Part shown: positions 32,353-41,525 of the stretch, piece by piece | Layout of the letters: every line of letters begins with the position of its first letter | Position numbering within the stretch: the first letter of the stretch is position 1 | NCBI GenBank assembly: GCA_963708135.1 | Contig: OY970192.1 | Span: forward strand, 4,448,001-4,512,000 | Length of the DNA: 64,000 nucleotides | Direction of reading: 5' to 3' | Source of the DNA: an uncultured Gemmatimonadales bacterium | GTDB taxonomy: Bacteria > Gemmatimonadota > Gemmatimonadetes > Longimicrobiales > RSA9 | The notes under the pieces: model-generated | Seen by the model: the letters and a program-made list of their open reading frames with translations, nothing else | What the model was told of the DNA's origin: nothing | Database searches by the model: none | Position numbers and translations under genes: made by a program

Positions 32353-33846
32353 TCACACGCTGCCGGTCACGCGGAACGCCGCCAATCCCTCGAGCTGCTT
32401 CCACGCGGCGTATTCGGTGAACAGCCGGTTGCGCTCGGTAAGGACCACGCGCATCTGGTCCTCGACGATGCCGCGGGCCTTCAGGAACAGCTTGAGGTTG
32501 TCGTCCAGCGTACGGAAGTACTCGACGTACGCGTACTTCTTCTTGTCCTGGCCGAGTATGCTGAGATAGCTCGTGTAGTAGAGCGACTGCAGGGCGAGCG
32601 CCACCTGGTCGGGGTTGACGGTGACCTTCGCGCCGCCCTCGGCGCCGACGCCGAACGTGGTGCCCGCTTTCACCGAGAAGTCGCACCCCTGGAAGAGCGT
32701 GCTCTTGAAGGTGAGGCCGAAGCTGGCGCCGATCCCCGCCGTGACGGAGCCCGTCGCTTCGCCCTTGATCAACTCGTAGCCCTGGAGCTTGAGCGTCATG
32801 CTGGCCTTGCCGGTTACCTTCACCCCCGCGAAGACCTCCGCCCCCACCGTGGCGGTCACGCCGTTGACGGTCGCCGTGATCTCGCATTCGCCCCGCGCCA
32901 TTGCGCCCGCGAACGCCTCCGCGCTCACCTCGCACAGGAAGATGTCGCCGCAGTCGACATTGACGCTGCCGGTGAGCTTCACCCCTACTTCGGCCTCGAC
33001 GGTGCCCTTCACGCTGACACCGACGCCCCTGGTGTAGGTCGCCTGGCCGGAGGCCTTGCCCGCCACGCCCGCCCAGGCCGCGCCGTCGATCTTCGCCTTG
33101 AGCCCCTTGAACTCGAGTTCCGCCGTGCCGTTGATGCCGACGCCGTACGACGCGCCCACCTCGGCCTTCACGGCCCGCTTGAAGCGGTCGTTCGTCCACT
33201 CGACCTTGCTCAGTCGGCCGCCGTCGCCCACCGTCTTCAGACCCACCTGCGTCTCGTACTTCGCGCTGAACTCGTACGGGCTGTGGAGGTTGGCCAGCTT
33301 GCCGGCGTCCTCGCACATCACCTCGAGGAACAGCCGCACCTTCGAGGACTGCGCGTTCCCCAGGTACTGGAACATCAGCGAGTCGCCTTCCACGTGCCTG
33401 GGGAAGTACTGCAGGCCGTGCATCCAGTAGTTGATCAGCTGCAGCTTCTCGTCCAGCAGCTCCAGCTTGCCGTTGATCATCCGCCGCTGGTCGAGCAACG
33501 AATCCAGGTCGGCCTCGGTGGCCGGTGGGGGCGTCAACGCAGCGCCGAACTTCTTCCTGTATTCATCCGCGAACCAGTCGAGGTTTACCTTCGCCCGCTG
33601 CGACTCCATCGACCTTCCGGACGGGCCCGCCTGCTTCTCCAGCACGTGCTTCTGGATGTTCAGCAGCCGGAGAAACTCGCTGGCCAGAGCCGTCCGCTGC
33701 GACTGCGACGCCCCTCCGGTGATGGAGCTCTTGTTCAGCTGCTTGAACCACTGCGGGATGACGTCCTGGAACTGGACGGGCGCGAGCTCGACCCAGGCGA
33801 GGTCGTAGCGGTTGGCTTTGGAAGCTCGTTGCAGCGCTTCGAACAC
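32353..33846 (-). CDS. Hypothetical protein: helical N-terminus plus long Gly/Ala/Val-rich beta-strand region
   Basis: ~497-aa ORF; GAGGTG RBS 6 nt before GTG 33846 (alternative start 33855); Lys/Tyr-rich compared with neighbours. Confidence 0.8.
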   Translation of the reverse strand: MFEALQRASKANRYDLAWVELAPVQFQDVIPQWFKQLNKSSITGGASQSQRTALASEFLRLLNIQKHVLEKQAGPSGRSMESQRAKVNLDWFADEYRKKFGAALTPPPATEADLDSLLDQRRMINGKLELLDEKLQLINYWMHGLQYFPRHVEGDSLMFQYLGNAQSSKVRLFLEVMCEDAGKLANLHSPYEFSAKYETQVGLKTVGDGGRLSKVEWTNDRFKRAVKAEVGASYGVGINGTAELEFKGLKAKIDGAAWAGVAGKASGQATYTRGVGVSVKGTVEAEVGVKLTGSVNVDCGDIFLCEVSAEAFAGAMARGECEITATVNGVTATVGAEVFAGVKVTGKASMTLKLQGYELIKGEATGSVTAGIGASFGLTFKSTLFQGCDFSVKAGTTFGVGAEGGAKVTVNPDQVALALQSLYYTSYLSILGQDKKKYAYVEYFRTLDDNLKLFLKARGIVEDQMRVVLTERNRLFTEYAAWKQLEGLAAFRVTGSV

Positions 33847-34044
33847 AGGGGTCACCTCGGATCGGGGGAAGCCAAAGATTGCTGGGGACCGAGGCTGTCC
33901 GCAAGCACCGGTCGCGAGTGGAATCGCGCCGGCCGGGTGGGCTCCCCCCTTTTCCCGGCCGTCGTCTGGACCGATCTTTCAAGCAGCGGTCGCCGGCGTC
34001 GCGAGCTGCCGCGACCGCATGGAGTGGCTTCAGACCAACGGCCT

Positions 34045-35157
34045 ATGATGAAGCATCACCTGAGTAGAAGCAGGATGTTCGGACTGGCAGTCGCTGTCAG
34101 CCTCGGTTTCAGCTCGTTGAGCTACGTTCAGGGGCGGCTCGCCTCGCGGCAGCGGCTCGAGCTGCTGGCCGCGGCCCGGGCACGGCGAGACTCGATTGCC
34201 CACGCCCGCGCCGACAGCATCGCCCGCGCGGACAGCATCGCGGCAGCCCGGAAGGCTGGGCGGCGTGCGGTGGCGCCCGACCCCTCGTCGTCCGCCAAGC
34301 GGTACAGGTCGGGGGAGGACCCGGCGTTCGCGGAGCGGATGGGATGGCCCGTGAAGACGCCGGCGACGCTGCCGGGCTCGATTCTGCCCGGCCACCGCAT
34401 TGTCGCCTACTACGGCAACCCGTTCTCGACGCGCATGGGTGTGCTGGGCGAGTATCCGGTCGAGGAGATGCTGCACCGCTTCGACAGCGCCGTGGAGGCG
34501 TGGCGCAAGGCCGATCCGTCCACGCCCGTACAGCCGGCGCTGCATCTGATCGCCGTCGTGGCCGATGGCAAGCCCGGCACGTCGGCCAGGTATCGCACGA
34601 TCATGCCGGACACGCTGGTGGAGGAAGTCTATCGCTGGGCCAGGTCGCGCCACGCGATCCTGTTCATCGACATCCAGACCGGCCAGAGCAGCATCCGCGA
34701 GCTGCTGCCCAGGTTCGATCATTTCCTGAAACGGCCGGATATCCATCTGGGCATCGATCCGGAATTCATGATGCACGATGGGCGGGTGCCCGGCACGAAG
34801 ATCGGCACCATGGACGCCGCCGACATCAACTGGGCCTCCGAGCACCTCGCCCGGCTCGTGCGCGAGAACCACCTGCCTCCCAAGGTGCTGATCATCCACC
34901 GCTTCACGCGCAACATGGTCACCCACTCCGAGCAGATTCGGCTGCGGCCGGAGGTGCAGATCTTGATGAACATGGATGGCTGGGGCGCGCCGTGGCTGAA
35001 GCGGCAGAGCTACAAGGACTACATCGTTCGAGAGCCGGTCGAGTACACGGGGTTCAAGATCTTCTACCACAACGACACCAGGAAGGGCGATCCGCTGCTC
35101 ACCCCGGCGGAGGTGCTCAAGCTGCGCCCGAAGCCACTCTACATCCAGTACCAGTAG
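34045..35157 (+). CDS. Exported conserved hypothetical protein (TIM-barrel/glycoside-hydrolase-like guess)
   Basis: N-terminal hydrophobic helix; ARADSIARADSIAA linker; RIVAYYGNP, HLGIDPEF, MDGWG and GFKIFY. Confidence 0.75.
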   Translation: MMKHHLSRSRMFGLAVAVSLGFSSLSYVQGRLASRQRLELLAAARARRDSIAHARADSIARADSIAAARKAGRRAVAPDPSSSAKRYRSGEDPAFAERMGWPVKTPATLPGSILPGHRIVAYYGNPFSTRMGVLGEYPVEEMLHRFDSAVEAWRKADPSTPVQPALHLIAVVADGKPGTSARYRTIMPDTLVEEVYRWARSRHAILFIDIQTGQSSIRELLPRFDHFLKRPDIHLGIDPEFMMHDGRVPGTKIGTMDAADINWASEHLARLVRENHLPPKVLIIHRFTRNMVTHSEQIRLRPEVQILMNMDGWGAPWLKRQSYKDYIVREPVEYTGFKIFYHNDTRKGDPLLTPAEVLKLRPKPLYIQYQ

Positions 35158-35188
35158 TGGAGCAGTCCTCCTCACAAGTCATACGCCG

Positions 35189-35945
35189 GTGACCGAACGC
35201 CGCATCGACCAGCCGATCGCTACGGACGAGCTCTTCCCCGTCGTCTACGACGAGCTCAAGCGCATCGTACGGCCGCCACGCCGCCGCCGAGCCGCTCTAT
35301 CGGCGGGCTCTCGCCATCCGGCGCCGGGCCTACGGCAATGGGCATCCAATGGTCGCCGCGGCGATGAGCGACTTGAGCGACTTCCTGGCGCGGCGGGGTG
35401 AGCGGGTCGAGGCGATCGACCTTGCGCGAAGGCAGCTCGCGATCCTGCGCCGCGTGTACGGCCCTACGCATCCAGTGGTCGGTGTCGCCACGGCCGACCT
35501 GGCGCAGACGCTGTCGTACGCCGGGCAGCCGGTGGAGGCGGACTCCCTGTTTCGTCGCGCCCTCGAGCTTCAGACGCGCACCTACGGGCGCAACAGCGGC
35601 GTCGTTGCAGGCGTCGAGGTCGGCCTCGCGAAACTCCTGATCGACGGCGGGCGCTATACCAGCGCGGACTCGTTGCTCAGGGACGCGATCCGTATCCGCC
35701 GCATCGGCCAGCCGCCGGGATCCGCGTTGAGCGCCACCGCCGAGGCGATGCTGGGCATGCTCCATACGCGCACCGGCGACTACGCCGCGGCCGACACTCT
35801 GCTCCGGGGCTCCGTCGCGCGCCTCTCGCGAATCGTCGGCCCGCAGGACCCCGAGCTGCGCCAGATGCACGCCTGGCTGGCGGACCTCGAGGCGCTGCGT
35901 GGGGACAGCGCCGCCGCCGCGCGCGAGCGGGCGCTGGCGCGCTGA
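35189..35945 (+). pseudogene. Collapsed ECF-sigma / kinase-TPR locus
   Basis: ATDELFPVVYDELKRI (ECF start) joined out of frame at ~35267 to YGRHAAAEPLYRRALAIRRRAYGNGHP... (kinase-type C-terminal TPRs). Confidence 0.8.
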
Positions 35946-36012
35946 GATGTCGGCAGCATTACACCTCGGCCCGTCCGCGCCGCCGGGCGCAGGCCCGCGC
36001 TTCCGGGACTGC

Positions 36013-36501
36013 TCAGCTCACTGCCCTCTTCACGAGCGCCTCGATCCGTGCCGCGACGGCCTCGGTCAGCTCCGCCACGGCGAAGGACGTCGGCCACATC
36101 GCGCCCTCGTCGAGATTCGCCTTGTCGCTGAAGCCGAGCGTCGCGTACCTCGCCTTGAACTTGTGCGCATCCTGGAAGAAGCAGATGACGTTGCCGTTCT
36201 TCGCGTACGCGGGCATGCCGTACCACGTTCTCGGCCGGAGCTCCGGCGCGGCCGCCTTGATGATGGCGTGGAGCCGCTCGGCCATGGCGCGATCCGGCTG
36301 CGGCATCGCGGCGATCTTCGCGAGCACCTCGCTCTCGGCTTCCGCCTCGGCCTTCTTCCCGCGCCCGCGACGTGCGGCCGCCTTCAGCTCCGCCGCGCGC
36401 TCCTTCATCGCGGCGCGCTCCTCGGCCGAGAATCCCGCCGGGCTTTTCTTTGCGGCCGTGCTGCGTTTGGCTGGCTTCTGCGCGTCCTTCTTCGGGCTCA
36501 T
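36013..36501 (-). CDS. DUF1801 (YdhG-like) protein
   Basis: [27 protein letters not shown] and [14 protein letters not shown]. Confidence 0.85.
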   Translation of the reverse strand: MSPKKDAQKPAKRSTAAKKSPAGFSAEERAAMKERAAELKAAARRGRGKKAEAEAESEVLAKIAAMPQPDRAMAERLHAIIKAAAPELRPRTWYGMPAYAKNGNVICFFQDAHKFKARYATLGFSDKANLDEGAMWPTSFAVAELTEAVAARIEALVKRAVS

Positions 36502-36564
36502 GGATATCTCCTGATCCGGGTGTGGCGCAGGCGACTGCGCGTCCGTCTTCGTGCTCCCATCCTG

Positions 36565-36894
36565 CTACGTGCCGCGCAGGCCGATCGGGTTGCCGTCGGC
36601 GTCGGCCAGTACACAGACACGCACGCCTGGCGCCACCTGGCGAGGCGCGTCGCGCTCGGTGGCACCCGCGGCCAGCAGGCTCGCGCGGACGCCATCGACA
36701 TCCTCGACATCCGCGTACGCGACCGGGCCGCCGCCCTCGCCCCCCGGAACCAGGGCCACCTCGAAGCCGTCGGCGTCGTAGCCCACGTAGTAGGCCTGAT
36801 CGGTATGCGGGTCTCCGAGCAGCGTCGTGTAGACCGCCTTGGCGGCATCCAGGTTCGAAACCGGGACAACCAGGCTGCGGAATGCGGGACTCAT
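36565..36894 (-). CDS. VOC/glyoxalase family protein
   Basis: PVSNLDAAKAVY...YYVGY...DADGNPIGL; GAGAGGAG RBS. Confidence 0.85.
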   Translation of the reverse strand: MSPAFRSLVVPVSNLDAAKAVYTTLLGDPHTDQAYYVGYDADGFEVALVPGGEGGGPVAYADVEDVDGVRASLLAAGATERDAPRQVAPGVRVCVLADADGNPIGLRGT

Positions 36895-36938
36895 GTCTTC
36901 TCCTCTCGGTAAGGGTTCGATCCGGCCGGCGCAAGCGG

Positions 36939-37031
36939 CTACCAGTCGCCGGGCGGCTGCCGGGTGCTGACGTTCAATCGGTTGAACAGGTTCGTCAGCG
37001 CGACGTGGAGCACGAGCGCGAGGAGTGCGCG
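36939..37031 (-). pseudogene. 3' remnant of a carboxymuconolactone decarboxylase/AhpD-like gene
   Basis: RALLALVLHVALTNLFNRLNVSTRQPPGDW*, a typical CMD C-terminus with no 5' part; lies divergent from an ECF41 gene. Confidence 0.72.
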
Positions 37032-37055
37032 CCCAGCTACCTTCGTCAATGCAAT

Positions 37056-37082
37056 GACGAAACCCGAAGCGAGTGTGTGACC
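37056..37082 (-). promoter_or_regulatory. ECF41-type promoter
   Basis: GGTCACA-N16-CGTC vs the established ECF41 consensus TGTCACA-N16-CGTC. Confidence 0.75.
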
Positions 37083-37083
37083 G

Positions 37084-37971
37084 ATGGATGAGCGCGACCT
37101 GCTGGCCCGACGATTCGAGACCCACCGCGCGCACCTGCGCGGCGTCGCCTACCGCATGCTCGGCTCGGCCGCGGAGGCGGAGGATGCCGTGCAGGAAGCA
37201 TGGTTGCGGATGAGCCGGGCGGGCGCCGGCGACGTGGACAACCACGGCGGCTGGATGACGACCATCGTGGGTCGCGTGTGCCTGGACATGCTCCGCGCGC
37301 GCAAGGCACGCCGGGAGGAGGCGTTGGACGTGCGCGAGCCGGAGGCAAGCGTCGCGGTTCGCCGCGAGCGCGGCCCGGAGGACGACGTGGAGCTCGCCGA
37401 CTCCGTGGGGCTGGCGCTGCTTGTCGTGCTGGAGACGCTCAAGCCGGCCGAGCGCGTGGCGTTCGTGCTGCACGACATGTTCGACCTCACCTTCGACGAG
37501 ATCGCCCCGATCGTCGGACGCACGCCCGTGGCCACGCGCCAGCTGGCCAGCCGGGCGCGGCGGCGGGTGCGGGGCGCTCCGACATCCGGCATCGACCGAG
37601 CGCGCAAGCGCCAGGTCGTGGAGGCGTTCATCGCTGCTGCCAAGACGGGGGACTTCGACGCGCTCGTCGCCTTGCTCGACCCCGACGTCGTCTTCCGCTC
37701 CGACGCTCAGGCCATCCGCATGGGCGGCCCGGCCGAGGTGCACGGCCCCGCCGCCGTGGGCGCCTTCTTCGACGGCCGGGCCCAGGCCGCCGTGCCTGGC
37801 ACCATCGACGGCGAGGTCGGCATCCTCGTGCCGGTCAAGGGGCGGATGCTGCTCGTCCTCAGGGTCGCCTTCAGCGGCGGGCGGATCACCGCCCTCGATG
37901 CCGTGGCCGACAGGACCGCGCTGGCCGCGATGGGGCTCGGGGAGCTCGGCGCGGAGCCGCCGCCCAGGTAG
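37084..37971 (+). CDS. ECF41/SigJ-like sigma factor with SnoaL-like extension
   Basis: AYRMLGSAAEAEDAVQEAWLR, FVLHDMF, RQLASRARR and LLDPDVVFRSD. Confidence 0.9.
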   Translation: MDERDLLARRFETHRAHLRGVAYRMLGSAAEAEDAVQEAWLRMSRAGAGDVDNHGGWMTTIVGRVCLDMLRARKARREEALDVREPEASVAVRRERGPEDDVELADSVGLALLVVLETLKPAERVAFVLHDMFDLTFDEIAPIVGRTPVATRQLASRARRRVRGAPTSGIDRARKRQVVEAFIAAAKTGDFDALVALLDPDVVFRSDAQAIRMGGPAEVHGPAAVGAFFDGRAQAAVPGTIDGEVGILVPVKGRMLLVLRVAFSGGRITALDAVADRTALAAMGLGELGAEPPPR

Positions 37972-38168
37972 GAGCTGCTTCCGGACGGAGCCGTTCCCAG
38001 CGTTGCCCGGCGAACGCGCCGGCCCCAGATTCGCGCGTCGTGAGTGAAGCCACCGAATGCCCCGACCTGGCCGTCGCCGAGCACTCCGGAATCGGGGTTG
38101 CGCTCGGCGCGGGCGCGCTGACGACCGCCGCTCTCGCGCGCGGCGCGGCCTCTCCCCGGCGCCGGCCC

Positions 38169-39110
38169 GTGCTCCCGCTCCGCCTCGCCCCCGCCACCGC
38201 GCTCGCGGCCGCGCTGGCCGTCGCGCCGGCGCTCCGCGCCCAGTCCACCGCGCCGATCATCGGACGCTGGGACCTCGCGGTGCACCTGCCCCGCGGCGAC
38301 CGCCCCTCCTGGCTGGAGGTGACGCACTCCGGGAACGTGGCGCTCGTTGGCCGATTTGTGGGGATCGTCGGCAGCGCCCGGCCGATCTCCAGCGTCGGCT
38401 GGAGCGACAACGTGGTGAGCTTCTCCATCCCCACCCAGTGGGATCCGGGAAGCGATGAGGAATCGCTACGCGGGACGCTGCAGGCCGACACGCTGGTCGG
38501 CACGTTCACGGACGCATCCGGGCACCAGCTCCCGTTCTCCGGCCACCGTGCACCGACCCTGCGCCCGAAGGCCCCGCCCGCCTGGGGCGCCCCGATCCGG
38601 CTGCTGGACGGGAAGGACCTCGAGGGCTGGCATGTGATCCAGGGGGAGAGCCACTGGCGCGTGGAGCCGGACGGCGTGCTGCACAACACGCGCGGCGGCG
38701 GTGGCAACATCGTCACCGACCGTAAGTTCGGGGACTTCCAGCTGCACGTGGAATTCAAGCTGCCGCACGACGAGAACAGCGGCGTGTATCTGCGCGGCCG
38801 CTACGAGGCGCAGCTCCTCGACACCCCCGACACGGTGCCGCAGAACGACATCCTCGGCTCGATCTACGGCTTCCTCCCGCCCAGCACGATCGCCGCGCGC
38901 CGGGGGCAGTGGCAGACGTACGACATCACCCTCGTCGGGCGGATGGTGACCGTCGTGCTCAACGGCACCACCGTCATCTGCAACCGGGCGATCCCGGGCC
39001 CGACCGGCGGCGCCCTCGACAGCGACGAGGCCGCTCCTGGCCCGATCATGCTCCAGGGGGACCACGGCCCCGTCGAGTATCGCAACATCGTGATTCGGGC
39101 GGCGAAGTGA
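38169..39110 (+). CDS. DUF1080 family protein
   Basis: IGRWDL...SWLEV, NSGVYLRGRYE and LQGDHG; start uncertain. Confidence 0.85.
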   Translation: MLPLRLAPATALAAALAVAPALRAQSTAPIIGRWDLAVHLPRGDRPSWLEVTHSGNVALVGRFVGIVGSARPISSVGWSDNVVSFSIPTQWDPGSDEESLRGTLQADTLVGTFTDASGHQLPFSGHRAPTLRPKAPPAWGAPIRLLDGKDLEGWHVIQGESHWRVEPDGVLHNTRGGGGNIVTDRKFGDFQLHVEFKLPHDENSGVYLRGRYEAQLLDTPDTVPQNDILGSIYGFLPPSTIAARRGQWQTYDITLVGRMVTVVLNGTTVICNRAIPGPTGGALDSDEAAPGPIMLQGDHGPVEYRNIVIRAAK

Positions 39111-39213
39111 GCGCAGGCTCGCGCCGTCGGCGAACAGCCGCCGACCACGCGGCTGACCCGCGCAAGCGCCATACGCGCGGCCGCACCCCAGTTCTTCGGT
39201 GCCCGTGCCTCTT

Positions 39214-39663
39214 CTACGGGGCTGAAGCCTCAGCCGGCTCGAGGCTCCTGAAATGGAGAGCCAGGAGCAGGAGACTTCCCGGAACCGTGATGCCCCACGG
39301 CAGGCCGAACAGCAACTGCCCGACCGAATAGCCCGGATGGAAGTAGGCGACGCAGAACAGCGGGATGATCAGACCGTTCGCGATGAACAAACGCCGCACC
39401 CACAGCTGCAGGCCCTCCTTCTGGAAGAGCGGCGCCGCGAAGAGCGTGGACAGACTCAAGAAGATATAACCCAGTGCATCCACGTCCCAGAAGAGGGAAT
39501 GCGGCGTCTGATTGAGCACGTCCAGAGGCCCTGGCGTGCCCGCCGGATTCTCGAACGTCCACTGGAGGAACGCGCTCAGCACGTAGCCGACCGCCCCGAC
39601 AAGCGCAGTCGTTGCCGCCCAGAACCCGATCCTGTGCAGCGTCGTCCTCGTCTGCGGTGTCAC
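39214..39663 (-). CDS. Small polytopic membrane protein, possibly internally deleted
   Basis: GGAGGAG RBS; hydrophobic helices; QTPHSLFWDVDALGY motif follows abruptly after the first TM. Confidence 0.6.
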   Translation of the reverse strand: MTPQTRTTLHRIGFWAATTALVGAVGYVLSAFLQWTFENPAGTPGPLDVLNQTPHSLFWDVDALGYIFLSLSTLFAAPLFQKEGLQLWVRRLFIANGLIIPLFCVAYFHPGYSVGQLLFGLPWGITVPGSLLLLALHFRSLEPAEASAP

Positions 39664-39731
39664 GTCTCCTCCTGGTCGGGAGAGACCCCCTCAGCGCGGA
39701 ACGAACCCGCGTCGCCGTGCGGTGCGTCGCC

Positions 39732-41417
39732 TCAGCCGCCGAGCTCCTGCGGGGCCTCTCGCAGCGATAGCCGGTCCCAGGGTCCCACCCATTCGCATGG
39801 GCGGCCCTTGGTCCGGAAGGAGGTCAGGTCCTGTGCGACCGAGAGGCTGACGTAGACGTCAACGCCCTTGAGCGAATCGACGCCCGGCGGCCCGAAGGTG
39901 TGCCAGCAGAGGGTCGCCGCGCCGGGCGCCAGATGGATGGGGACCTGCCGACCGTCGATCTCCAGCTGATCGTGGCGGGCGCCGTCCCGATCCAGGACGA
40001 AGTGCGTCGTGCGCCACTGCCGCACCATGTCGGCGTCGATGCTTCCGTAGTTGCGCTCGATGAGCCCTATGAACGTCCAGAAGCGCATGCCGGTCGTGTT
40101 GAGGCCGAAGTGCGTTGGATTCTGCTCGCCGTTCCCGTGCTGGCGCATGGGATGGTCAGGGTCGTGGACGTTGTCCTCGTCGTAGCTGTCCAGCGCCTCC
40201 ACGTTGTTGGTCGAGACGATGTAGTGGCCGTTCTTCTCCTTCATGTCCCCGGGACGGCGGACGGCGTAGCGCGCCCGGCCGTGCTGATCCGCCGGGATGC
40301 TCTCCACGGCGAACGCTTCGTCGGCATCGCTGATGACCCAGTTGGCGCCGGCGGTGCACTTGCCCACGACGATCTTGCGCCCCGACCGGGCGCGGTACTC
40401 CGGCCGGCCGACGGTGAGCAGCTCCACCGCGTGCCGCGCGTTGTCGGCGAACGCTGCGGCATAGAAGTCTCCCACCTGCCAGTCGAGGCCGGGACGGCGA
40501 TAGCCGGAGAAGGGGCGGCTGAGGGTGGGCAGGAGGATGCCGATCGAGCCGCCCGCGTACCCGCTGACGGTCACGCCGCGATCATTCTGGGCGTGCTCGC
40601 TGCCGATCTCGCCGGCCGAGTCGGTGACCGTGTAGCGATGCGCCCGGCGGTCGCCGGGACTGGCGATGAACGTCACCAGATATTCCTGGGGGAAGAAGTG
40701 CTGGTCTTCCGAGCTGACGTGGATCGTCTTCCCGTCCCGGGTGGCGGATCCGAGGATGACCGCCCCGCTACAGGAGTGCGGCGCGTCTCCCGGCCGCGAG
40801 ACCCACGGCGTGTCGGAAACTGGAGGCGGACCCTTCAGCCCGAAATAGCTGTTGATCATCAGGATCTTCTGGAAATGGCCGAGCTGATGGGGAAAGGCTG
40901 AGGCCGCCAGCTCCGTGGCCGCGCCGTCGGCGATGCCGTGCATCATTTCCAGCGCTTCAGGCACCAGCGCCTCGTAATAGGCCTCCTGCTCGCGCAGGTA
41001 GGCGGCCATGACCTCCGGGCTGCCCTGGATGGGCAGCAGCTCGCGGTACCAGCCCTCATAGACCATCCGGATGAGGTCGGCCGCACGCTCGCCGTACTGC
41101 CGCCCCATCTGCGACCAGGAGCCACGCAGCTCGCCGAGGTAGCGCGGATGCGGCTGGTAGGCCGGGTATCCTTCCGCGACGTGGTAGTCGCCGAGCCGGC
41201 GGTTGTGTCCCGTCCAGGCGGCGAGATAACGCTCGTCCGCGCGCCCCAGCCGTGCGCTGGCGCCGGCCGGCGGGGCTGACGGACTCCCTCCGGTCTGCTG
41301 CAGGGCGCCCAGCGCCTCCGTCGGGACGAGCGCGGACGCGGCCGCGGAAACGGCGACCCGCTTCATCCACTCGCGACGGCTGAGCCGTGAATCTGCCGGC
41401 GATCGTTGGTTGCTCAT
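39732..41417 (-). CDS. Tat-exported Ntn-hydrolase (peptidase C45-like)
   Basis: SRREWMK Tat motif; LRGSWSQMGRQYG, EMMHGIADGA, HS-CSG (candidate nucleophile Cys), ATRDGKTI and NDRGV. Confidence 0.75.
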   Translation of the reverse strand: MSNQRSPADSRLSRREWMKRVAVSAAASALVPTEALGALQQTGGSPSAPPAGASARLGRADERYLAAWTGHNRRLGDYHVAEGYPAYQPHPRYLGELRGSWSQMGRQYGERAADLIRMVYEGWYRELLPIQGSPEVMAAYLREQEAYYEALVPEALEMMHGIADGAATELAASAFPHQLGHFQKILMINSYFGLKGPPPVSDTPWVSRPGDAPHSCSGAVILGSATRDGKTIHVSSEDQHFFPQEYLVTFIASPGDRRAHRYTVTDSAGEIGSEHAQNDRGVTVSGYAGGSIGILLPTLSRPFSGYRRPGLDWQVGDFYAAAFADNARHAVELLTVGRPEYRARSGRKIVVGKCTAGANWVISDADEAFAVESIPADQHGRARYAVRRPGDMKEKNGHYIVSTNNVEALDSYDEDNVHDPDHPMRQHGNGEQNPTHFGLNTTGMRFWTFIGLIERNYGSIDADMVRQWRTTHFVLDRDGARHDQLEIDGRQVPIHLAPGAATLCWHTFGPPGVDSLKGVDVYVSLSVAQDLTSFRTKGRPCEWVGPWDRLSLREAPQELGG

Positions 41418-41525
41418 CGGAGGCACTCCCGGTCGTTTGTATGAGCCATGATCCACCCGTCGGCCGTGCCGCGCAAGGAGCTGCGAACCTTGACCTGGCC
41501 ATCCCGAACAGCCCATCCTCCGGAG

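Noticed and set aside
32302..34044. N-terminal 580 aa of the 951-aa plus-strand ORF
   Set aside because: Shadow of the minus-strand gene 32353-33846; the real plus-strand gene starts near 34045
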